A DNA stretch of 63,739 bases, the filler included, from Phoronis australis (Eukaryota; Animalia; Phoronida), in the NCBI GenBank assembly GCA_002633005.1. It is 11 parts of 11 records of this genome, joined end to end, with 100 filler letters (N's around TTAATTAATTAA, not from the genome) between each part and the next. Parts side by side here need not be neighbours in the genome. Positions count along the whole stretch, not along the records: positions 7,400 to 26,359 come from NMRA01000017.1; positions 26,460 to 29,441 come from NMRA01003293.1; positions 29,542 to 32,424 come from NMRA01003344.1; positions 32,525 to 35,871 come from NMRA01003077.1; 7 more parts are not named here. The stretch is one strand, 5' to 3'. Below are positions 21,890-33,600 of this stretch, one piece after another. The translations under genes were made by a program, and so were the position numbers. Within the stretch, counting starts at the first letter, position 1. Each line of letters begins with the position of its first letter. A model generated the notes under the pieces. That model made no database searches. It saw only the letters and a program-made list of their open reading frames with translations, and was not told the origin of the DNA.

Positions 21890-23056
21890 AGCAATTGGCA
21901 ATTGCCAAGGCAAAGGATCAAGGCTCATAAACCAGCAGGCAGCAGTTAGGAATTGAGGACTGAAACCAAAGTCAAGTGGCAAGTGTCATCATACTGACAT
22001 ATACAATTCTTGGCATGTTTCTGAATCATTTTGTGCTTCCGCAAACAGCAGTTTTGGGCCAGCTAGGACACTGATGAAACCATAAGCTATTGAATGATTG
22101 TGGGATTTCACAATAGACTGGCGAGATGTCTGCCCCTTGTTGCATTAATGTAACAGATTCAGCTCAAAATTCTAAGCTCTTGGAATTTTCAGACATTACG
22201 TGGCCTAACTAAGGCTACTACAGGCAAACACTTGGATCAACATTGAGTGCGGCAAGTAAAGTATCATCGCTGAGAAATTTTTGCAATAAAACAGAGCTCT
22301 TCTATCACAAGCAGTGTTATAGACACTTCACGAATGTAATAAACATTTAAAGAGCTCTTAAAAAAGAGAAAGACAAAGCTGATGAAGGAAACGATATAGA
22401 ACCTACTAGAAAATCAAGGAGATTGTCACTGTCAGTTCCGTTGAACAGTCCTCAAAGAAATGTATGTGTGTTGCCTCCACAATGTATCATTTGCCACAAA
22501 TCCAAGTCCATCACTGAAAACTTATCCCAGTTCCAAGCATTCACTTGTAAATAGTCCTACCTATTCTTAATTCATTGATGGTGAAAATCTTTAATTTAGT
22601 TTAGGACAGAGAAAAAAGAACAACTTTGCTGGATAAATTTGTAATATTAGCCGTCCCAATCTCAAAGGTTCTGGCAGTAGTTTTTACTTACATGTGAGTG
22701 TTCAGCATTGCTTTTTATGAGCTTTCAAGCCTATTTTCAGACCCTTTTATGTAAAAACAGTGGAATTTGAAAAATATAAAAATGCAAAATATTGCCGTTT
22801 TCTGAAATTCGTTATCTTGAATGTTCAAATGTTCCTCAGATTTCAGTGTTTCACATTTTGGAGATTCTTGAATTGGAGAATTTTTTCCAATTATTTGCTA
22901 TCTAAAATAGAAAGCACCAAAAGAAATTTTAGCTCTACGGTAAATATGACGCTTTTCAATTTCACACAAAAACTATTGCCAAAATGACCTTTCCTCTATT
23001 TTCAAAGGCTGAACTACAGTATTAAGGATGCTAAAAATTTTCCAATGTCTTCAATT
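21890..23056 (+). mobile_element. Second decayed copy of the Academ-like 5' coding region (lacks the Kolobok and MITE insertions)
   Basis: Collinear with 77-497 joined to 2163-~3010, e.g. AAACCAGCAGGCA..GTTAGGAATTGAGGA and GTGTTGCC(A/T)CCACAATGTATCATTTGCCACAAATC. Confidence 0.75.
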
Positions 23057-23220
23057 GACCTATCGCCAGGATTATGACGGACGGTTTAATTGACCAATCA
23101 GAACGCAGAATTCTTGGCACACCTTCGTCTGCGTTTCCAAGCCGCCATCTTACCCGACAAACCACACGTAGTCGAGTAAAACTTACTTTAGTCTATAGCT
23201 CAAGAAATTGTCCGCTAAGA

Positions 23221-23400
23221 ATGGTGAAACGGTGTTGATATGGCGTGTGTAGCACCGACAGCCGTTATGCTGCTCCAGAATAATATCCTGTCATATTTTG
23301 GCATGTCCTAAGCCGAAAAATGATGTTGAAAAGCGTAAACTATGGATCAAACTGTACGGCCACACCGACGAGCAGCTGAACTTAGCGATGTTGCTTGATA
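23221..23400 (+). pseudogene. Degenerate THAP-domain coding fragment (DNA transposon remnant)
   Basis: MVKRC*YGVCSTDSRY... then PKPKNDVEKRKLWIKLYGHTDEQLN, i.e. the THAP N-terminal CxxxxC ... P...W pattern, with a stop and a frameshift. Confidence 0.6.
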
Positions 23401-23923
23401 ACTCGAAGGCTATAATAAACACAAATATATTCCAAGATACGCACTTTTCAGCTTGGTGGCTATGGTGCAGGGCTATCTCAGATTTTGACTCCCGAGTTAC
23501 CTACGTCTGGCCGCCTTTGTCTCGGCACCTGCTGGATCTCAGACGACTCTAGCGGTAGTCCCCGGAAATTGTTGTTTTCAAGGACATTTTTATTTTATGT
23601 TTTTCTTATTTATTTCAGCCTAATGGACATTATTTTGTTTCGTATCAGAGGTACATTTTTTTATTCATAAACCCGTAGGCCGGCGTTCAACTGAACTTCT
23701 CTCCCGGTCAAAAATCAGGGATTCGATCGGCACAGGAAGGGGCACTGGATTTCTGCCGTAACTCATAGTCTTGGTCGATCTGTTGTCACTAAAAATAAGC
23801 TGTTGAATTACTTTTTGACGTGTGTCTCTAGTATACACTATGTCTGTAGAGTTAGAGAGAGCTGAAGTTGTTCAAACATGATTTTTAGATTTATGAAGCT
23901 TTAAAAAATAATTATTTTTGTAA

Positions 23924-25608
23924 CTAGAAAGATTATTGTCACGGCGTGACAATAAGGGACTCTGCGCATGCGCATTACAGGAATTGTTTTGGAAAGTTAC
24001 TGACAGCAACCCGTTTATCAACATGAAAAGGAATTCTTTAAAATTGTAGGAGAAATTACATGTTAATATTTTGATGACCTTTCCACTAATTGACCTCTTC
24101 CGGTGCATTATGAACCCCGATCAGGGAATAATTGTAAACTCAATTAAAAGTGTGGTTGATGCCAAGAATCACAGATGTTTTACTTTGAGCAATTCAGAAT
24201 ACAAGATGAATGAATTGGTCAAACTTTCAAAAGAAAAATGCACCTAATGACCCCATGGGTGCACCAAATGACCCAAAAATTTAGAACTCAAACTCAATCG
24301 CATTTAGTAAACAGATGTGTAATTTTGAAGTCTCTAGCTCAAAATTTCAATTTTGCACTCAATAACCTTTGACCTATTTTTTCTGATTGGTTAAGCCTAT
24401 TGCAAAGTATAGTAGGGTATTCAATTGGCATGTTGACTTACACCAGTGTGCTGAAATTGAAAAGAATTCCTTGAAAAACGTAAGACATAACATTTTGAAC
24501 GTTACATGACCTTTGCACAAATTGACCTTATCCGGTGCATTTTAAGCATCTTTAGGAGAATTATTGCAAAGCCCATGGAAAATGTGTTTAACGCTGAGAA
24601 TCACAGTTGTCTAACGGTTGACACATCAGAATACTTGCTGATTGAAAAGGTCAAATTTTCAGAAGAAAAATGCACCTAATGACCCCATGTTTGCACTAAA
24701 TGACCTGAAACTTTGGATTCCGATTTGATTTACCTGTGGTAATCAGACCTGTCAATTTGAAGTGTCTAGCTCAAAATTTTAGTTTGCATCTAATGACCTT
24801 TGACCTATTTCACCTGATTGGATGACCCGATTACTTAGAAAAGTAATTTTTTAAATTGTCATGTTGACTTATACCTGTGCACCGAATTTGAAAAAGATAG
24901 CTTTAAAACTGAAGGAGGAGTAGCATTTTGAAAATTATATGACCTTTGCACCAAACGACCTCTTCCGGTGCAATATGGAATATGATTATATAACCAATCA
25001 AAATTTATACACTGTCAAAATTTGTATGCTGAATTTAAAGACCGTACCTGCACCCAATTTGGAGTTATTAAGCCTCAAAGATGGTCGGAAGAAGAATAAG
25101 AATAAGAATAAGAATAAGAATAAGAACTAGAAAGATTATTGTCACGGCGTGACAACAATGGACTCTGCGCGTGCGTATTAAAGGAATTGTTATATGAAGT
25201 TACTGACAACAACCCGGTTACCAATATGAAAAGGAATTCTTTAAAATTGTAGGAGAAATTACATGTTAATATTTTGATGACCTTTCCACTAACTGACCTC
25301 TTCCGGTGCATTATGAACCCCGATGAGGAAATAATTGTAAAACCAATTTAAAGTGTGGTTAATGCTAAGAATCACAGATGTTTTACTTTAAGCACTTCAG
25401 AATACAACATGAATGAATTGGTCAAACTTTCAGAAGAAAAATACACCTAATGACCCCATGGGTGCACCAAATGACCCAAAAATTGAAAATTCAAAACTCA
25501 ATCGCATTTAGTAAACAGATATGTAATTTTGAAGTCTCTAGCTAAAAATTTTAATTTTGCACTCAATGACCTTTGACCTATTTTTTCTGATTGGTTAGGC
25601 CTATTGCG
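23924..25608 (-). mobile_element. Head-to-tail non-autonomous Helitron-like units carrying an internal ~433-bp tandem repeat
   Basis: CTAG termini at 23924 and 25127, each next to a hairpin (TTATTGTCAC-GGC-GTGACAATAA at 23933-23955). Unit spacing is 1203 bp. Internal repeat anchors GACCT(C/T)(T/A)TCCGGTGCA occur at ~24092, 24524, 24957 and 25296. An (AAGAAT)n run at ~25092-25126 sits at the unit junction. Confidence 0.65.
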
Positions 25609-25673
25609 TAGTTAAGTAGTGTTGATGCACTATTTTATTTTGTAGTGCGTAAGGTTACATAATACTACGTGTG

Positions 25674-26359
25674 TCAGTTGGCTAAAGCTTCTTCAGTTGT
25701 CTCGACAGACCGTAGACAGTCGTCTACATAAAAATTACGCTTAATAGTGTTGTAAACCACTGGATCGTCGTACGCAAAATCATCTGCTGTCTTGCGCAGC
25801 GCAAAATTAGCACAACTGGGCGATGACGATGCGCCAAAGAGGTGGACAACCATCTGGAAATCTTCTGGCTCAGCGCTGTAATTACCATCTGCGTGCTGAA
25901 CACCGCGGTTCACAACATGTAGGAATCGTCTGTCGTCTTGGGAGTAGACGGCGTCGTCCTTCTCGTTAGCAGCATATTCGCAAAAGTCGTATTCAAATAA
26001 TTTCTGAAGGAGCTGGCTTTGACTGACATCCTTCATTTGGTCGTATATTGACAGTTGTCTAGTCATTTTTGTGGTTGGGTTTTCCGTCATAAACACATAG
26101 TTGCACGAAATAACACGCGTTGACAAGTTCTGCAGTGCTACGGAAACGGGGCCGATGATCAACCATCCGAGTCGAGTCAACACGGCGTAGGGACCACCGT
26201 CTCTGCCAGGCACAACCTGTAGTGGTTCAGTCGCCTTGGCGCAGTTACTGCCGATAAGAAGGCCGATGTCAACATCGGAGTGTTCATCTGGAATGTCTAC
26301 ATGACTTAAATAAGACCACTTGACCACGTCTTGAGCGGTGGGGATTCCTTCTCTAGATA
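25674..26359 (-). mobile_element. BEL/Pao LTR retrotransposon pol fragment with internal deletion
   Basis: Post-protease motifs '[20 protein letters not shown]' are fused in frame to RT motifs '[19 protein letters not shown]...NFYVDD', which are typical of BEL/Pao. Confidence 0.85.
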
Positions 26360-26459
26360 NNNNNNNNNNNNNNNNNNNNNNNNNNNNNNNNNNNNNNNNN
26401 NNNTTAATTAATTAANNNNNNNNNNNNNNNNNNNNNNNNNNNNNNNNNNNNNNNNNNNN

Positions 26460-26877
26460 CATAGGATGTTAACGCCTTTCTCTCAAAGTTCTCCATGTAT
26501 AAGTTCACCACAATGGGGGAAACAGGAGAGCCCATTGCACATCCATTGGACTGGATGTAGATGTCCCCGCCAAAAGAGAAGTAAGTGGACTTGAGAGTTA
26601 GCTCCAGTAGCTGGCAAATGTTGTCTATCGATAGGGTTGTTCTGTCACCCAGAGTGCTATCCTGCTGTAAGTGTTCTCTCACTACCGCCAAGGCGTCATC
26701 GGGAGGTACACATGTAAACAGGGCACTTACATCATAGGAAGTAATGCTCTCATCTTCTTCCACCACTAGATTTTCTATGTGCCTAATGAATGACTGGGTG
26801 TTCTTTACATGGTGTCGTGACAGGCCAACGAGGGGCGAGATGATTCTCGAGATAAATTTAGCGATATTGTAAGTTAG
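26460..26877 (-). mobile_element. Penelope-like element reverse transcriptase fragment
   Basis: TYNIAKF..SPLVG...HVKN...SYDVSALFTCVP...Q.NGCAMGSPVSPIVVNLYMENFE. Cut by the contig edge before YVDD. Confidence 0.88.
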
Positions 26878-27480
26878 ACACATTGAATTTGAATTAGAAC
26901 ACAACAGAACAGTGCTGAAAAGATGTGGTTACCCGAAGTGGTCATTCCACAAGGCAAACCATGACAGAGTCAGGCCTCAGAACACGCAGCCGGACAATAG
27001 GGGAAACATCAGGGTAACATTGCCTTTTGTGCCAGGAATCGCTGATCAGATCAAATCACATATGAGGGGACATGACATTGCTGTTGTATTCAAACCTGTT
27101 AACACCATAAGGAGNCCCTCTCCGAAACCAATTCTCTTCTCTATCCAGGATCTTCACATCTTCCATCTAACAGGGATCGCTGATCAGATCAAATCACATA
27201 TGAGGGGACATGACATTGCTGTTGCATTCAAACCTGTTAACACCATAAGGAGTCAATTGTTAAATGTGAAATACAAAACCAGCAAAGAGAAAACATCAAA
27301 TGTGGTGTATGGCATTTCATGCTCGGAACTGGGGTGTGGAGCAGCATACATTGGGGAAACCAAGCAAGCCATGAAAAGTCGTTTCAACCAGCATCGGAGG
27401 TCCAGTTATGGGGACTGCTATGATTCTGCAGTTTTTACTCACATGGCTTCCACGGACCACTCTTTCGCCATAAACTGGAC
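26878..27480 (+). mobile_element. Penelope-like element C-terminus with GIY-YIG endonuclease
   Basis: ELEH.R.VLKRCGYPKW...LPFVPGI...NVVYGISC...C..AYIGETK..R..QHRR...SAVFTHM. An ~80-bp duplication surrounds an N at 27115 (possible assembly artefact). Confidence 0.85.
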
Positions 27481-27743
27481 AAATACCCGTCTATGCGTGA
27501 TCTAAAATTCTTTGCCTTCCCAACATTAATGAGAGACACGAAAATGTGCCTGATTTAAAAAACTAGATCACGTACTTACTTATTTCCATAATAACGGTGA
27601 ATAAAAATCATCTATAATGCATACAAACATTTCCTGTTGAGTGACAATATCTGACGTACTCAGTCGGCACGCATCTGTTTTCAAATTTTATAATGAACAC
27701 GCGGTTTACTCCGTGGATGGGCTGACACAGGTTATCTCTGACC

Positions 27744-29391
27744 GGTGTTTAGTAGCTTTCGGTGCGACGATAGACTGAAGACTGGTTCGAGTTAATCACT
27801 TTATTAACTTCGGCCCCACGTACTCAAGTCTACTCAAGCAAAACGCACTACGTAATGTCTGTTCTATGCTCCAGCTAGTGCTGCAAAACCTTGACCAGGG
27901 GCAGATCCAGGATTTTGAGTTGGGAGGCGGGGCAGAGTATTAGCCAGGAATTTGCCCGTCAGACACTTACACCCCGAATTACCAAATTTAATCTGGAAGA
28001 ATTTTAGGGGGGGGCATGGCCCCCTTGGCCACCCTCTAAATCCGCCACTGGAATAGGACTAAATAGCCGAGTCCATCTCAACTAAAGCAATAGGAATGTT
28101 TAGCATGACGTTTTGTACCCAGTGACGGCATGTCTATACTTATTTTCCGGGCCAAAATTGCGCCTTCTGCTGCCATGGCACTTCACTTAACATCCAAATA
28201 ACCGTATGCATAGCTTTCTGTAGTTTATGCTTTGCCATAGTTGGGCAAGTAATGCTCCCTAACAATATTCATGCGTCGAGCTTGGCCTTGTCCTCTTTGG
28301 ATGTAGGAAACAAGCACCTTAGATGCATTATGTCCTAATATTTTAAATCTGGTAGGCCAAAGCATGTTCATTGAAAAAAACGTCCGCAATTTTGACATGT
28401 TATCTGGTTTTGGGACCACACTTCGACAGCAAAATGTGTTCAAGGTGTTTAGTAGCTTTCGGTGCGACGATGGACTGAAGACTGGTTCAAGTTAATCACC
28501 TTATTAATTTCGGCCGCACGTATTCAAGTCTACTCAAACAAAACGTACTACGTCTGTTCTGTGCTCCAGCCAGTGCTGCAAAACCTTGACCAGGGGCGGA
28601 TCCAGGATTTTGAGTTGGAGGGCGGGGCAGAGTATTAGCCAGGAATTTGCCCGTCAGACACTTACACCCAGAATTACCAAATTTAATCTGGGAGAATTTT
28701 AGGGGGGCAAGGCCCCCTTGGCCCTCCCTAAATCCGCCACTGCGATCCCTCCACCCTCTTGACCCCAAGGCGCAAGAGCATGATCTGAAATAGCGGACTG
28801 TGAGGGCGCTATCGTTGGGTTGGAACGAAAGCTTAAAAATATTGTTCATAATCAAGCTCACACTAGCAAAGATTTTATTGTTACTGGTGATTTTAATTAT
28901 GATGCATTGCGTAAGAAGAAATGTGGAAAAATTTTGGGGGGGGGCATGGCCCCCTTGGCCCCCTCTTAATCCGCCACTGGAATGGGACTAAATAGCCGAG
29001 TCCATCTCTACTAAAGCAATAGGAATGTTTAGCATGACGTCACTTTGACGTCATTATGACGTTTTGTACCCAGTGACGGCATGTCTATACTTTCCGGGCC
29101 CAAATTGCGCCTTTTGCTGCCATGGCACATCACTTAACATCCAAATAACCGTATGCATAGCTTTCCGTAGTTTATGGTTTGCCACAGTTGGGCAAGTAAT
29201 GCTCCTTAACAATATTCATGCGACGAGCTTGACCTTGTCCTCTTTGGATGTAAGAAACAAGCGCCGTAGATGCATTATGTCCTAGTGTTTTAAATCTGGT
29301 AGGTCTAAGCATGTTCATTGAAAAAAAAACGTCCGCAATTTTGACATGTTATCTGGTTTTGGGACCACACTTCGACAGCAAAATGTGTCCA
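27744..29391 (+). repeat. Tandem duplication of a ~700-bp unit (27744-28444; 28445-29391 with an extra insert), each copy containing a CAGGGGC..TCCGCCACTG MITE (27896-28050, 28591-28742)
   Basis: Both units start GGTGTTTAGTAGCTTTCGGTGCGACGAT and end GGGACCACACTTCGACAGCAAAATGTGT. Confidence 0.85.
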
Positions 29392-30242
29392 AGAAAGCTA
29401 ACCGCCGTAAGAGCTGACGTTTTGTAAAGAGAAAAGAAGGGNNNNNNNNNNNNNNNNNNNNNNNNNNNNNNNNNNNNNNNNNNNNTTAATTAATTAANNN
29501 NNNNNNNNNNNNNNNNNNNNNNNNNNNNNNNNNNNNNNNNNACAAGTGGCGTGAGTTGCAATGAGTTTAAGTGCATGCCGTCCACACAGTCCCTTGCGCA
29601 CGGCTAGGGCCTGCACACGCACAAAATTCATCTCTCGCATACTTCAATTCCATATTGCGGACGCAGATTTCCTCCTCACGCACCACTTTTTTCCGTCTCG
29701 CGAACATATTACTTTGCACACGGACGGACCAACCCTGTCTACTCGTGGACGTCATTCCTAACCGACAGATAAGTGAATAGGTGTCCACCTAAAAATCACT
29801 CCATTTCGATCAGTCCCTATCGAGACCAGCAGTTCGAGCGACGTGTTTGTCCGTGTGCGGGTCGTGGCATCGATTGCCTTGATGAATAATGGAGACACCA
29901 AAACTACATTTTTTGTGTTACTGAATAATTTCGAGGACAGTTCTTATTAATCGCTCAATACAATAGCTAAAATTCACCAATGAACCCGTCAATCAGGCAA
30001 TCAGGCCTTCGGTGGACAAGCGTTCAGCGCCACCTACAGGTCCCATGTAATGCGGACGAGAGGTTTCAACTTACTGGTATTAATAGCGTTTTATCACCTT
30101 TCCTGTTATAAAAATGCCGACAAATTTCCACTGTTGTGCTGAAGGATGTACTTAGGGCTTATGAAAAGACGTAAACATTTTGAAATATCAATTGACGAGC
30201 AAGGACGTCCGGTTCAATACACTGGCATTTTCCAGTTGTCCA

Positions 30243-30470
30243 CATGCGCGCCCCCAGGGGGGGGGGCTCGAATTTTTCGGTATGCGGATCTTTTACGGAA
30301 AAAAACCCAATGGGGACTAAAAAAAAGCGGGCCACTAGGTTCAGGCCTACAAACTGTGGACTTTTGTCTCGTTTACTTGGACTTTTTGTTTCGCTGAGGT
30401 GGACCTTTTTGCCCAGTTCGCCAAATTGAGGGCTCGTTCGAGCTCCCCGAGTCCCCCAAGTGCGCCCATG
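30243..30470. mobile_element. MITE with CATG termini
   Basis: CATGCGCGCCCCCAGGGGG ... CCCCCAAGTGCGCCCATG, with flanks GTCCA/GTGCA (near-perfect 5-bp TSD). Confidence 0.5.
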
Positions 30471-31699
30471 GTGCAGGTGTTTTGGCGGCAAAGTCAGTGG
30501 CTGCCGGTAATAAAGTGGGATAAATTCGATCCCAGCCGATGTCAAAAGGCTAAAATAAATTAATACTGAATTTCAATTAATTAAATATTGGGAGAGGTTG
30601 GCAGTGGAATTTATTCCTCTTCTTTTATATTTATGAACCACTATGTAGTAATTGAATTCCTGCCACCAAATCTGAGCCGGGATCAATCAAAAATCACTTT
30701 CATGCTCTTATTACTATAGAGAGCGCCAATATGACAATTGCCCTATTGTTACATAATGATCAATAGTTGTCCAATGGGGAGAAGAATTTGACGTCAGACC
30801 ACGCGTCAACATTTGTGAATCATTTATAAAAATAAGTATATGCTTTACATATAGGTTGTAGTCAAGGGCAAGCTCGACACTTATTTGCAAATAGATACCT
30901 GATGAATCAGTTTCTTTGCTGTTGTCATATTTCTGCTAAAACCCTCTAGGCAATACCCCTAATGTTCGGATTTATAAACGCCGTCCAATTTTAAGCTCCG
31001 AGTAAATTTTCTCAAATTTTCTCAGACTTTCTGGAGTCTGTAAGCAGTCATAACGTGGCTAGACTGTATCGCCACGAGTTGGCTCACCATGAACTGTAAT
31101 CGTAAGTCTTTTAAAAATCGTTCTACAAAGAAAAAAAAGCGTAAGAAAAGAAGTCTAGTTATGACAAGCTTGACCTTATTATTAATGCGCGTTATGACAA
31201 GATAGTGCCGTGTGGAGGTAACTAACCGGACCACAATAAGCAGACACACACCAGTAGTGACTTGGTATGAAATAAATGTAGTGTGTACAAAGAATCTGTT
31301 TTACATGCCTGTAGAGATAGGAGCCTCAAAATTAAGTTTTAATTACCCGGGAAACTGACATTGACTGAAGTTTCAAGGCAAAACATCGCAGAATTGGACA
31401 ACTGACATGAAATATTTGATTCAGTAAATCTAATAGCATTTACCGGGTTTGAACAGATGAAGTTTCTTATCTTAACGACTACCATTTGTGAATTGCATCA
31501 ATATAATATAGCCGATAGTGTTTGTTGATTACAAAAACGCACGAAACATCCCAAGAATAGTATTGGTTTTGTATACTGACAAGTGCCTTAAGACTTCAAA
31601 CAGAAATTTGATCTTGCGCTCCCCACCACTATGTATAACATTTGATTTAGTCCAGAACAGAAGCACGAACTTTAAAATTAGCGCGTAAGTAAACAATGA

Positions 31700-32040
31700 C
31701 ATATCTATCCAACGTTTCGGTTTATTACCCTGAACCATTCTCAAGGATACAGTTAACAGACTCAAAGCAGGTGACACAGGCAGGGAAGAAACTGTACGGG
31801 TACACATCAAAATGCATTGTGAGGGGGAGAGATCAGAAATCAAAACAGCTCAAATGAACCAATGTTTCTCGAGGTAACGCTCGCCAGCTTGATTCAACCA
31901 TATATGCATAGCCTCCTTTATGAGGAGCCTCAGGGTGGCATTATCCTTGTTTAGGATCTGTACACCAGAGCAATCTATAGTGTGACCAGTTGTCAACGAA
32001 TGATTGAGAACAGCACTGTGTGCCTTTACAGTGTTCTTTG
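31700..32040 (-). mobile_element. Penelope-like element 3' end (GIY-YIG C-terminus plus 3' UTR)
   Basis: The minus strand reads HSAVLNHSLTTGHTIDCSGVQILNKDNATLRLLIKEAMHI, the conserved PLE endonuclease tail. Downstream is a CTTGAGAATGG...CCGAAACGTTG motif typical of PLE terminal repeats. Confidence 0.7.
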
Positions 32041-32643
32041 ACTCTGATGCGGGGACAGCTGGGGTGGGGCAAAAATTAGCGTTGGCGAGAGGGGTTTCCA
32101 GAATTTAACAAGACGACTTTGTCTATGCCCCTGTGCCAATACTTTTTACCTTCCCTGTGACAAGAATTTTTACCTTCTTCCACATCGTGTTCTGTAAGTC
32201 ACGTCGTTTACAGATTTATGAGCTGTGTTAGTAGTAAGTGGCCCGGTGCCGTACGATCAGATCGGTGTTGCCACTATAGGTATTTTGGAAAATCCCGAAA
32301 TCATCTAATGTTTGGTTTTGCATAATCTCTGACGTCTTTTACATACCTGAGTCACAGCAGGAAGGATTTGTCAATAGATAGTGACCCTACCTGTGACGCA
32401 AGATTTGGTTTGGTCTATTTATAGNNNNNNNNNNNNNNNNNNNNNNNNNNNNNNNNNNNNNNNNNNNNTTAATTAATTAANNNNNNNNNNNNNNNNNNNN
32501 NNNNNNNNNNNNNNNNNNNNNNNNAATCTGCTTCAGAGTCGCCATACTGGATCGCACAGTGAGCGCTCACAGCTGTTCAGGAGCTGTTCCTTGTGTTCGC
32601 TAGTACGTGCTAGCGGGCGCTCACTCTGTTGAACACGCTTCAG

Positions 32644-32950
32644 GTGTACTGTGAGTGTGAAGTCAGCCAGCTACTGCCACCTTGAGGCTCAGGGCGGTGT
32701 CAATACATGTACTAATGGTATGGAGTTGGCCACCTGTCGCCATCATTAGGCTCAGGATGGCGTCAATACATGTACTGATGCTGTGAAGTCATCTACATTA
32801 TGCCATCATGAGGTTCAGGGTGGTGGCAATACATGCACTGATGGTGTGAAGTCAACCACATTATGCCATCATGAGGTTCAGGGTGGTGTCAATACGTGTA
32901 CTGATGATATGTAGTCGGCCACGTAATGCCAGCACAAGTCTCCAGGTGGT
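32644..32950 (+). repeat. 63-bp minisatellite, about 4.5-5 diverged units
   Basis: Unit consensus GAGG(C/T)TCAGGGTGGTGTCAATACATGTACTGATGGTGTGAAGTCA.CCACATTATGCCATCAT. Confidence 0.85.
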
Positions 32951-33600
32951 TTCCTATACTGGTAGTATTAAACCATCAACCAACACCACCATATGTTGAT
33001 GGGTGACATCACATTGTAGATTTATAATCTGGCAAACCCTAGTTCAAGATTCAGTGCAAAACAAGGACCAAATAATTGAGAGGAATTGGCCTCCATTATC
33101 CCAGTACTGTTTCTGTAATAGTCAATTCACCTATGTGGGACGGTCGAAATTCCTGAGCAAAATGAAAGATTTTGTTCCCCATACGATGAGGATTTCACGC
33201 CCTGATACATTAAATTGATGCTGTCAAGGATAGAGTTGCTTAACAAGACAGTCAAGACTGATGTTGGATTTAACTTTTTCGCTTTTTGATAGCCAAGCTT
33301 CTGCAAATTGTTGTTAATAGCATGTTTAGTTTTAATCCCTGAAGTCCCTCTTTCACAACGTGTTGTACTTGGTGTATCAACACTAACTTTAAGGACATGT
33401 GTTTAACTCTATTGTGCCTATTTGTTTCTCTCGATTACTCACAGGTCACTACAAAGCAGTTGTCTGGGAACCCTCACCAGGTTAAATTTTGTAGCACCAT
33501 TTCTGGCACTTATGAAGGGATACAGTGCAGTCCCAAAACGGATTTGAACTCGCAGTCTCAGTGGTGACGGTCCAATGCTTTGCAAGCAAGCTATACTTAA

